From Eledone cirrhosa (lineage: Eukaryota), in contig OZ024741.1 in assembly GCA_964016885.1 (NCBI GenBank), positions 255,068,001-255,132,000 of the forward strand: a stretch of DNA of 64,000 bases, given 5' to 3'. Position numbers and translations under genes: made by a program. The notes beneath the pieces are model-generated. The model was not told the DNA's origin, made no database searches, and saw only the letters and a program-made list of their open reading frames with translations. Within the stretch, counting starts at the first letter, position 1; every line of letters begins with the position of its first letter. This document shows positions 52,701 through 63,200 of the stretch, piece by piece.

Positions 52701-55700
52701 AGTGCCAGTGTTGTAGTTGTTGCTGTTTTCTCTGTCAGTGCCAGTGTTGTTGTAGTTGTTGCTGTTTTCTCTGTCAGTGCCAGTGTTGTTGTAGTTGTTG
52801 CTGTTTTCTGTGTCAATGCCAGTGTTGTTGTTGTTGCTGTTTTCTCTGTCAGTGCCAGTGTTGTTGTTGTTGCTGTTTTCTCTGTCAGTGCCAGTGTTCT
52901 TGTTGTTGCTGTTTTCTCTGTCAGTGCCAGTGTTGTTGTAGTTGTTGCTGTTTTCTGTGTCAGTGCCAGTGTTGTTGTAGTTGTTGCTGTTTTCTCTGTC
53001 AGTGCCAGTGTTGTTGTAGTTGTTGCTGTTTTCTCTGTCAGTGCCAGTGTTGTTGTAGTTGTTGCTGTTTTCTGTGTCAGTGCCAGTGTTGTTGTTGTTG
53101 CTGTTTTCTCTGTCAATGCCAGTGTTGTTGTAGTTGTTGCTGTTTTCTGTGTCAGTGCCACTGTTGTTGTTGCTGTTTTCTGTGTCAGTGCCAGTGTTGT
53201 TGTTGTTGCTGTTTTCTCTGTCAGTGCCAGTGTTGTTGTTGCTGTTTTCTCTGTCAGTGCCAGTGTTGTTGTTGTTGCTGTTTTCTGTGTCAGCGCCAGT
53301 GTTGTTGTAGTTGTTGCTGTTTTCTGTGCCAGTGCCAGTGTTGTTGTAGTTGTTGCTGTTTTCTGTGTCACTGCCAGTGTTGTTGTAGTTGTTGCTGTTT
53401 TCTCTGTGAGTGCCAGTGTTGTTGTAGTTGTTGCTGTTTTCTCTGTCAGTGCCAGTGTTGTTGTAGTTGCTGTTTTCTGTGTCAGTGCCAGTGTTGTTGT
53501 TGTTGCTGTTTTCTCTGTCAGTGCCAGTGTTGTTGTAGTTGTTGCTGTTTTTTGTGCCAGTGCCAGTGTTATTGTTGCTGTTGTTGCAGTTTTGTCTGTC
53601 AGTGCCAGTGTTGTAGTTGTTGCTGTTTTCTCTGTCAGTGCCAGTGTTGTTGTAGTTGTTGCTGTTTTCTCTGTCAGTGCCAGTGTTGTTGTAGTTGTTG
53701 CTGTTTTCTGTGTCAATGCCAGTGTTGTTGTTGTTGCTGTTTTCTCTGTCAGTGCCAGTGTTGTTGTTGTTGCTGTTTTCTCTGTCAGTGCCAGTGTTCT
53801 TGTTGTTGCTGTTTTCTCTGTCAGTGCCAGTGTTGTTGTAGTTGTTGCTGTTTTCTGTGTCAGTGCCAGTGTTGTTGTAGTTGTTGCTGTTTTCTCTGTC
53901 AGTGCCAGTGTTGTTGTAGTTGTTGCTGTTTTCTCTGTCAGTGCCAGTGTTGTTGTAGTTGTTGCTGTTTTCTGTGTCAGTGCCAGTGTTGTTGTTGTTG
54001 CTGTTTTCTCTGTCAGTGCCAGTGTTGTTGTAGTTGTTGCTGTTTTCTGTGTCAGTGCCAATGTTGTTGTTGCTGTTTTCTGTGTCAGTGCCATTGTTAT
54101 TGCTGTTGTTGCTGTTTTCTCTGTCAGTGCCAGTGTTGATGTTGCTGTTGTTGCTGTGGCTGTTTTCTCTGTCAGTGCCAGTGTTGTTGTAGTTGTTGCT
54201 GTTTTCTCTGTCAGTGCCAGTGTTGTAGTTGTTGCTGTTTTCTGTGTCAGTGCCAGTGTTGTTGTTGTTTCTGTTTTCTCTGTCAGTGCCAGTGTTGTTG
54301 TAGTTGTTGCTGTTTTCTCTGTCAGTGCCAGTGTTGTTGTAGTTGTTGCTGTTTTCTGTGTCAGTGCCGGTGTTGTTGTTGTTGCTGTTTTCTCTGTCAG
54401 TGCCAGTGTTGTTGTTGTTGCTGTTTTCTCTGTCAGTGCCAGTGTTGTTGTAGTTGTTGCTGTTTTCTGTGCCAGTGCCAGTGTTACTGTTGCTGTTGTT
54501 GCTGTTTTGTCTGTCAGTGCCAGTGTTGTTGTTGTTGCTGTTTTCTCTGTCAGTGCCAGTGTTGTTGTTGTTGCTGTTTTCTGTGTCAGTGCCAGTGTTG
54601 TTGTAGTAGTTGCTGTTTTCTGTGTCAGTGCCAGTGTTGTTGTAGTTGTTGCTGTTTTCTCTGTCAGTGCCAGTGTTGTTGTAGTTGTTGCTGTTTTTTG
54701 TGTCAGTGCCAGTGTTGTTGTAGTTGTTGCTGTTTTCTCTGTCAGTGCCAGTGTTGTTGTTGTTGTTGCTGTTTTCTCTGTCAGTGCCAGTGTTGTAGTT
54801 GTTGCTGTTTTCTCTGTCAGTGCCAGTGTTGTTGTAGTTGTTGCTGTTTTCTGTGTCAGTGCAAGTGTTGTTGTTGTTGCTGTTTTCTGTGTCAGTGCCA
54901 GTGTTGTTGTTGTTGCTATTTTCACTGTCAGTGCCAGTGTTGTTGCTGTTGCTGTTTTCTCTGTCAGTGCCAGTGATGTTGTAGTTGTTGCTGTTTTCTG
55001 TGTTAGTGTCAGTGTTGTTGTAGTTGTTGCTGTTTTCTGTGACAGTGCCAGTGTTGTTGTTGTTGCTGTTTTCTCTGTCAGTGCCAGTGTTGTTGTAGTT
55101 GTTGCTGTTTTCTGTGTCAGTGCCACTGTTGTTGATGCTGTTTTCTCTGTCAGTGCCAGTGTTGTTGTAGTTTTTGCTGTTTTCTGTGTCAGTGCCAGTG
55201 TTGTTGTTGTTGCTGTTTTCTCTGTCAGTGCCAGTGTTGTTGCTGTTGCTATTTTCACTGTCAGTGCCAGTGTTGTTGTTGTTGCCGTTTTCTTTGTCAG
55301 TGCCAGTGTTGTTGTTGTTACTGTTGCTGTTTTCTGTGCCAGTTCCAGTGTTGCTGTTGCTGTTTTCTGTGCCAGTGCCAGTGTTATTGTTGCTGTTGTT
55401 GCTGTTTTCTGTGTCAGTGCCACGGTTGTTGTTGCTGTTGTTGCTGTTTTCTGTGTCAGTGCCAGTGTTGTTGTTGCTGTTTTCTGTGTCAGTGCCAGTG
55501 TTGTTGTTGCTGTTGTTGCTGTTTTCTGTGTCAGTGCCGGTGTTGTTGTTGTTGCTGTTTTCTCTGTCAGTGCCAGTGTTGTTGTTGTTGCTGTTTTCTG
55601 TGTCATTGCCAGTGTTGTTGTAGTTGTTGCTGTTTTTTGTGTCAGTGCCAGTGTTGTTGTAGTTGTTGCTGTTTTCTGTGTCAGTGCCAGTGTTGTTGTA

Positions 55701-58700
55701 GTTGTTGCTGTTTTCTCTGTCAGTGCCAGTGTTGTTGTAGTTGTTGCTGTTTTCTCTGTCAGTGCCAGTGTTGTTGTAGTTGTTGATGTTTTCTGTGTCA
55801 ATGCCAGTGTTGTTGTTGTTGCTGTTTTCTCTGTCAGTGCCAGTGTTGTAGTTGTTGCTGTTTTCTCTGTCAGTGCCAGTGTTGTTGTAGTTGTTGCTGT
55901 TTTCTGTGTCAGTGCCAGTGTTGTTGCTGTTGTTGCTGTTTTCTGTGTCAGTGCCAGTGTTGTTGTTGTTGCTGTTTTCTCTGTCAGTGCCAGTGTTGTT
56001 GTAGTTATTGCTGTTTTCTGTGTCAGTGCCACTGTTGTTGTTGCTGTTTTCTGTGTCGGTGACAGTGTTGTTGTTGTTGCTGTTTTCTCTGTCAGTGCCA
56101 GTGTTGTTGTTGCTGTTATCTCTGTCAGTGCCAGTGTTGTTGTTGCTGTTTTCTGTGTCAGTGCCATTGTTATTGATGTTGTTACTGTTTTCTCTGTCAG
56201 TGCCAGTGTTGTTGTTGCTGTTGTTGCTGTTGCTGTTTTCTCTGTCAGTGCCAGTGTTGTTGTAGTTGTTGCTGTTTTCTCTGTCAGTGCCAGTGTTGTA
56301 GTTGTTGCTGTTTTCTGTGTCAGTGCCAGTGTTGTTGCTGTTGCTGTTTTCTCTGTCAGTGCCAGTGTTGTTGTAGTTGTTGCTGTTTTCTCTGTCAGTG
56401 CCAGTGTTGTTGTAGTTGTTGCTGTTTTCTGTGTCAGTGCCGGTGTTGTTGTTGTTGCTGTTTTCTCTGTCAATGCCAGTGTTGTTGTTGTTGCTGTTTT
56501 CTCTGTCAGTGCCAGTGTTGTTGTTGTTGCTGTTTTCTGTGTCAGTGCCAGTGTTGTTGTTGCTGTTTTCTGTGTCAGTGCCAGTGTTGTTGTAGTTGTT
56601 GCTGTTTTCTGTGCCAGTGCCAGTGTTGTTGTAGTTGTTGCTGTTTTCTGTGTCAGTGCCAGTGTTGTTGTAGTTGTTGCTGTTTTCTCTGTGAGTGCCA
56701 GTGTTGTTGTAGTTGTTGCTGTTTTCTCTGTCAGTGCCAGTGTTGTTGTAGTTGTTGCTGTTTTCTGTGTCAGTGCCAGTGTTGTTGTTGTTGCTGTTTT
56801 CTCTGTCAGTGCCAGTGTTGTTGTAGTTGTTGCTGTTTTCTGTGTCAGTGCCAGTGTTGTTGTTGCTGTTTTCTCTGTCATTGCCAGTGTTGTTGTAGTT
56901 GTTGCTGTTTTCTCTGTCAGTGCCAGTTTTGTTGTAGTTGTTGCTGATTTCTGTGTCAGTGCCAGTGTTGTTGTAGTTGTTGCTGTTTTCTCTGTCAGTG
57001 CCAGTGTTGTTGTTGTTGCTGTTTTCTCTGTCAGTGCCAGTATTGTAGTTGTTGCTGTTTTCTCTGTCAGTGCCAGTGTTGTTGTTGTTGTTGCTGTTTT
57101 CTCTGTCAGTGCCAGTGTTGTTGTTGTTGCTATTTTCACTGTCAGTGCCAGTGTTGTTGTTGTTGCTATTTTCACTGTCAGTGCCAGTGTTGTTGTTGTT
57201 ACTGTTGCTGTTTTCTGTGTCAGTGCCAGTGTTGTTGTTGTTACTGTTGCTGTTTTCTGTGCCAGTGCCAGTGTTATTGTTGCTGTTGTTGCTGTTTTGT
57301 CTGTCAGTGCCAGTGTTGTAGTTGTTGCTGTTTTCTCTGTCAGTGCCAGTGTTGTTGTAGTTGTTGCTGTTTTCTGTGTCAGTGCCAGTGTTGTTGTTGT
57401 TGCTGTTTTCTCTGTCAGTGCCAGTGTTGTTGTAGTTGTTGCTGTTTTCTCTGTCAGTGACAGTGTTGTTGTAGTTGTTGCTGTTTTCTGTGTCAGTGCC
57501 AGTGTTGTTGTAGTTGTTGCTGTTTTTTCTGTCAGTGCCAGTGTTGTTGTTGTTGTTGCTGTTTTCTCTGTCAGTGCCAGTGTTGTAGTTGTTGCTGTTT
57601 TCTCTGTCAGTGCCAGTGTTGTTGTAGTTGTTGCTGTTTTCTGTGTCAGTGCCAGTGTTGTTGCTGTTGCTGTTTTCTCTGTCAGTGCCAGTGTTGTTGT
57701 AGTTGTTGCTGCTTTCTCTGTCAGTGCCAGTCTTGTTGTAGTTGTTGCTGATTTCTGTGTCAGTGCCAGTGTTGTTGTTGTTGCTGTTTTCTCTGTCAAT
57801 GCCAGTGTTGTTGTAGTTGTTGCTGTTTTCTGTGTCAGTGCCACTGTTGTTGTTGCTGTTTTCTGTGTCAGTGCCAGTGTTGTTGTTGTTGCTGTTTTCT
57901 CTGTCAGTGCCAGTGTTGTTGTTGCTGTTTTCTCTGTCAGTGCCAGTGTTGTTGTTGTTGCTGTTTTCTGTGTCAGTGCCAGTGTTGTTGTAGTTGTTGC
58001 TGTTTTCTGTGCCAGTGCCAGTGTTGTTGTAGTTGTTGCTGTTTTCTGTGTCAGTGCCAGTGTTGTTGTAGTTGTTGCTGTTTTCTCTGTGAGTGCCAGT
58101 GTTGTTGTAGTTGTTGCTGTTTTCTCTGTCAGTGCCAGTGTTGTTGTAGTTGCTTTTTTCTGTGTCAGTGCCAGTGTTGTTGTTGTTGCTGTTTTCTCTG
58201 TCAGTGCCAGTGTTGTTGTAGTTGTTGCTGTTTTCTGTGCCAGTGCCAGTGTTATTGTTGCTGTTGTTGCAGTTTTGTCTGTCAGTGCCAGTGTTGTAGT
58301 TGTTGCTGTTTTCTCTGTCAGTGCCAGTGTTGTTGTAGTTGTTGCTGTTTTCTCTGTCAGTGCCAGTGTTGTTGTAGTTGTTGCTGTTTTCTGTGTCAAT
58401 GCCATTGTTGTTGTTGTTGCTGTTTTCTCTGTCAGTGCCAGTGTTGTTGTTGTTGCTGTTTTCTCTGTCAGTGCCAGTGTTCTTGTTGTTGCTGTTTTCT
58501 CTGTCAGTGCCAGTGTTGTTGTAGTTGTTGCTGTTTTCTGTGTCAGTGCCAGTGTTGTTGTAGTTGTTGCTGTTTTCTCTGTCAGTGCCAGTGTTGTTGT
58601 AGTTGTTGCTGTTTTCTCTGTCAGTGCCAGTGTTGTTGTAGTTGTTGCTGTTTTCTGTGTCAGTGCCAGTGTTGTTGTTGTTGCTGTTTTCTCTGTCAGT

Positions 58701-60244
58701 GCCAGTGTTGTTGTAGTTGTTGCTGTTTTCTGTGTCAGTGCCAATGTTGTTGTTGCTGTTTTCTGTGTCGGTGCCAGTGTTGTTGTTGTTGCTGTTTTCT
58801 CTGTCAGTGCCAGTGTTGTTGTTGCTGTTTTCTCTGTCAGTACCAGTGTTGTTGTTGCTGTTTCCTGTGTCAGTGCCATTGTTATTGCTGTTGTTGCTGT
58901 TTTCTCTGTCAGTGCCAGTGTTGTTGTTGCTGTTGTTGCTGTGGCTGTTTTCTCTGTCAGTGCCAGTGTTGTTGTAGTTGTTGCTGTTTTCTCTGTCAGT
59001 GCCAGTGTTGTAGTTGTTGCTGTTTTCTGTGTCAGTGCCAGTGTTGTTGTTGTTTCTGTTTTCTCTGTCAGTGCCAGTGTTGTTGTAGTTGTTGCTGTTT
59101 TCTCTGTCAGTGCCAGTGTTGTTGTAGTTGTTGCTGTTTTCTGTGTCAGTGCCGGTGTTGTTGTTGTTGCTGTTTTCTCTGTCAGTGCCAGTGTTGTTGT
59201 TGTTGCTGTTTTCTCTGTCAGTGCCAGTGTTGTTGTAGTTGTTGCTGTTTTCTGTGCCAGTGCCAGTGTTACTGTTGCTGTTGTTGCTGTTTTGTCTGTC
59301 AGTGCCAGTGTTGTTGTTGTTGCTGTTTTCTCTGTCAGTGCCAGTGTTGTTGTTGTTGCTGTTTTCTGTGTCAGTGCCAGTGTTGTTGTAGTAGTTGCTG
59401 TTTTCTGTGTCAGTGCCAGTGTTGTTGTAGTTGTTGCTGTTTTCTGTGTCAGTGCCAGTGTTGTTGTAGTTGTTGCTGTTTTCTCTGTCAGTGCCAGTGT
59501 TGTTGTAGTTGTTGCTGTTTTCTCTGTCAGTGCCAGTGTTGTTGTAGTTGTTGCTGTTTTCTGTGTCAATGCCAGTGTTGTTGTTGTTGCTGTTTTCTCT
59601 GCCAGTGCCAGTGTTGTAGTTGTTGCTGTTTTCTCTGTCAGTGCCAGTGTTGTTGTAGTTGTTGCTGTTTTCTGTGTCACTGCCAGTGTTGTTGCTGTTG
59701 TTGCTGTTTTCTGTGTCAGTGCCAGTGTTGTTGTTGTTGCTGTTTTCTCTGTCAGTGCCAGTGTTGTTCTAGTTGTTGCTGTTTTCTGTGTCAGTGCCAG
59801 TGTTGTTGTAGTTGTTGCTGTTTTCTCTGTCAGTGCCAGTGTTGTTGTAGTTGTTGCTGTTTTCTCTGTCAGTGCCAGTGTTGTTGTAGTTGTTTCTGTT
59901 TTCTGTGTCAGTGCCAGTGTTGTTGTTGTTGCTGTTTTCTCTGTCAGTGCCAGTGTTGTTGTAGTTATTGCTGTTTTCTGTGTCAGTGCCACTGTTGTTG
60001 TTGCTGTTTTCTGTGTCAGTGCCAGTGTTGTTGTTGTTGCTGTTTTCTCTGTCAGTGCCAGTGTTGTTGTTGCTGTTTTCTCTGTCAGTGCCAGTGTTGT
60101 TGTTGCTGTTTTCTGTGTCAGTGCCATTGTTATTGCTGTTGTTGCTGTTTTCTCTGTCAGTGCCAGTGTTGTTGTAGTTGTTGCTGTTTTCTCTGTCAGT
60201 GCCAGTGTTGTTGTAATTGTTGCTATTTTCTGTGTCAGTGCCAC
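43751..60244 (-). other. Longest uninterrupted Thr-rich reading (TTTTTLALT[E/Q]KTA)n, about 5,500 codons; possible mucin-like repeat exon or remnant, coding status unsupported
   Basis: Open in the ORF track and about half Thr. However, it has no signal peptide, no unique domain and no credible start (a GTG from a repeat variant), and it is bounded by a TAA at 60341 and a frameshift at 43789. Confidence 0.15.
48290..54015. repeat. About 2.65 kb tandem duplication containing a 900-bp higher-order unit (copies from ~49480, ~50380 partial, ~52150, ~53050)
   Basis: Lines 48301 and 50941 are identical (offset 2640). ORF pairs 48790/51466 and 49976/52652 have offset 2676. Lines 49561/50461 and 52261/53161 are identical (offset 900). 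Confidence 0.9.
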
Positions 60245-63200
60245 TGTTGTTGCTGTTGTTGCTGTTTTCTGTGTCAGTGCCAGTGTTGTTGCTGTTGTTG
60301 CTGTTTTCTGTGTCAGTGCCAGTGTTGTTGTTGTTGCTGTTTACTGTGTCAGTGCCAGTGTTGTTGTTGCTATTTTCACTCTCAGTGCCAGTGTTGTTGT
60401 AGTTGTTGCTGTTTTCTGTGTCAGTGCCAGTGTTGTTGTTGTTGCTGTTTTCTCTGTCAGTGCCAGTGTTGTTGTAGCTGTTGCTGTTTTCTGTGTCAGT
60501 GCCAGTGTTGTTGTAGTTGTTGCTGTTTTCTGTGTCAGTGCCAGTGTTGTTGTTGTTGCTGTTTTCTCTGTCAGTGCCAGTGTTGTTGTAGTTGTTGCTG
60601 TTTTCTCTGTCAGTGCCAGTGTTGTTGTAGTTGTTGCTGTTTTTTGTGTCAGTGCCAGTGTTGTTGTAGTTGTTGCTGTTTTCTGTGTCAGTGCCAGTGT
60701 TGTTGTAGTTGTTGCTGTTTTCTCTGTCAGTGCCAGTGTTGTTGTTGTTGTTGCTGTTTTCTCTGTCAGTGCCAGTGTTGTAGTTGTTGCTGTTTTCTCT
60801 GTCAGTGCCAGTGTTGTTGTAGTTGTTGCTGTTTTCTGTGTCAGTGCCAGTGTTGTTGCTGTTGCTGTTTTCTCTGTCAGTGCCAGTGTTGTTGTAGTTG
60901 TTGCTGCTTTCTCTGTCAGTGCCAGTGTTGTTGTAGTTGTTGCTGTTTTCTGTGTCAGTGCCAGTGTTGTTGTTGTTGCTGTTTTCTCTGTCAATGCCAG
61001 TGTTGTTGTAGTTGTTGCTGTTTTCTGTGTCAGTGCCACTGTTGTTGTTTCTGTTTTCTGTGTCAGTGCCAGTGTTGTTGTTGTTGCTGTTTTCTCTGTC
61101 AGTGCCAGTGTTGTTGTTGCTGTTTTCTCTGTCAGTGCCAGTGTTGTTGTTGTTGCTGTTTTCTGTGTCAGTGCCATTGTTATTGCTGTTGTTGCTGTTT
61201 TCTGTGTCAGTGCCAGTGTTGTTGTTGCTGTTGTTGCTTTTTTCTGTGTCAGTGCCAGTGTTGTTGTAGTTGTTGCTGTTTTCTCTGTCAGTGCCAGTGT
61301 TGTAGTTGTTGCTGTTTTCTGTGTCAGTGCCAGTGTTGTTGTTGTTGCTATTTTCACTGTCAGTTCCAGTGTTGCTGTTGCTGTTTTCTGTGCCAGTGCC
61401 AGTGTTATTGTTGCTGTTGTTGCTGTTTTCTGTGTCAGTGCCACGGTTGTTGTTGCTGTTGTTGCTGTTTTCTGTGTCAGTGCCAGTGTTGTTGTTGCTG
61501 TTTTCTGTGTCAGTGCCAGTGTTGTTGTTGCTGTTGTTGCTGTTTTCTGTGCCAGTGTTGTTGTAGTTGTTGCTGTTTTCTGTGTCAGTGCCGGTGTTGT
61601 TGTTGTTGCTGTTTTCTCTGTCAGTGCCAGTGTTGTTGTTGTTGCTGTTTTCTGTGTCATTGCCAGTGTTGTTGTAGTTGTTGCTGTTTTTTGTGTCAGT
61701 GCCAGTGTTGTTGTAGTTGTTGCTGTTTTCTGTGTCAGTGCCAGTGTTGTTGTAGTTGTTGCTGTTTTCTCTGTCAGTGCCAGTGTTGTTGTAGTTGTTG
61801 CTGTTTTCTCTGTCAGTGCCAGTGTTGTTGTAGTTGTTGATGTTTTCTGTGTCAATGCCAGTGTTGTTGTTGTTGCTGTTTTCTCTGTCAGTGCCAGTGT
61901 TGTAGTTGTTGCTGTTTTCTCTGTCAGTGCCAGTGTTGTTGTAGTTGTTGCTGTTTTCTGTGTCAGTGCCAGTGTTGTTGCTGTTGTTGCTGTTTTCTGT
62001 GTCAGTGCCAGTGTTGTTGTTGTTGCTGTTTTCTCTGTCAGTGCCAGTGTTGTTGTAGTTATTGCTGTTTTCTGTGTCAGTGCCACTGTTGTTGTTGCTG
62101 TTTTCTGTGTCGGTGACAGTGTTGTTGTTGTTGCTGTTTTCTCTGTCAGTGCCAGTGTTGTTGTTGCTGTTATCTCTGTCAGTGCCAGTGTTGTTGTTGC
62201 TGTTTTCTGTGTCAGTGCCATTGTTATTGATGTTGTTACTGTTTTCTCTGTCAGTGCCAGTGTTGTTGTTGCTGTTGTTGCTGTTGCTGTTTTCTCTGTC
62301 AGTGCCAGTGTTGTTGTAGTTGTTGCTGTTTTCTCTGTCAGTGCCAGTGTTGTAGTTGTTGCTGTTTTCTGTGTCAGTGCCAGTGTTGTTGCTGTTGCTG
62401 TTTTCTCTGTCAGTGCCAGTGTTGTTGTAGTTGTTGCTGTTTTCTCTGTCAGTGCCAGTGTTGTTGTAGTTGTTGCTGTTTTCTGTGTCAGTGCCGGTGT
62501 TGTTGTTGTTGCTGTTTTCTCTGTCAATGCCAGTGTTGTTGTTGTTGCTGTTTTCTCTGTCAGTGCCAGTGTTGTTGTTGTTGCTGTTTTCTGTGTCAGT
62601 GCCAGTGTTGTTGTTGCTGTTTTCTGTGTCAGTGCCAGTGTTGTTGTAGTTGTTGCTGTTTTCTGTGCCAATGCCAGTGTTGTTGTAGTTGTTGCTGTTT
62701 TCTGTGTCAGTGCCAGTGTTGTTGTAGTTGTTGCTGTTTTCTCTGTGAGTGCCAGTGTTGTTGTAGTTGTTGCTGTTTTCTCTGTCAGTGCCAGTGTTGT
62801 TGTAGTTGTTGCTGTTTTCTGTGTCAGTGCCAGTGTTGTTGTTGTTGCTGTTTTCTCTGTCAGTGCCAGTGTTGTTGTAGTTGTTGCTGTTTTCTGTGTC
62901 AGTGCCAGTGTTGTTGTTGCTGTTTTCTCTGTCATTGCCAGTGTTGTTGTAGTTGTTGCTGTTTTCTCTGTCAGTGCCAGTTTTGTTGTAGTTGTTGCTG
63001 ATTTCTGTGTCAGTGCCAGTGTTGTTGTAGTTGTTGCTGTTTTCTCTGTCAGTGCCAGTGTTGTTGTTGTTGCTGTTTTCTCTGTCAGTGCCAGTATTGT
63101 AGTTGTTGCTGTTTTCTCTGTCAGTGCCAGTGTTGTTGTTGTTGTTGCTGTTTTCTCTGTCAGTGCCAGTGTTGTTGTTGTTGCTATTTTCACTGTCAGT

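Noticed and set aside
43751-60244. Antifreeze glycoprotein-like polyprotein
   Set aside because: AFGPs are (Ala-Ala-Thr)n with cleavable spacers, and this repeat lacks that tripeptide periodicity.
1760-60343. Alternative genetic code (TAA/TAG = Gln or Glu) rescuing the Thr frame, since some stops fall at the E/Q position
   Set aside because: TAA and TAG are the only stops reachable in one step from the consensus codons, so the lack of TGA is uninformative. Nine frameshifts would remain.
30931-61840. Cys-rich ORFs (CQCQCCCC) resembling metallothionein or keratin-associated proteins
   Set aside because: These are a shifted reading of TGT/TGC triplets, broken by recurrent TGA/TAG/TAA variants, with no gene structure.
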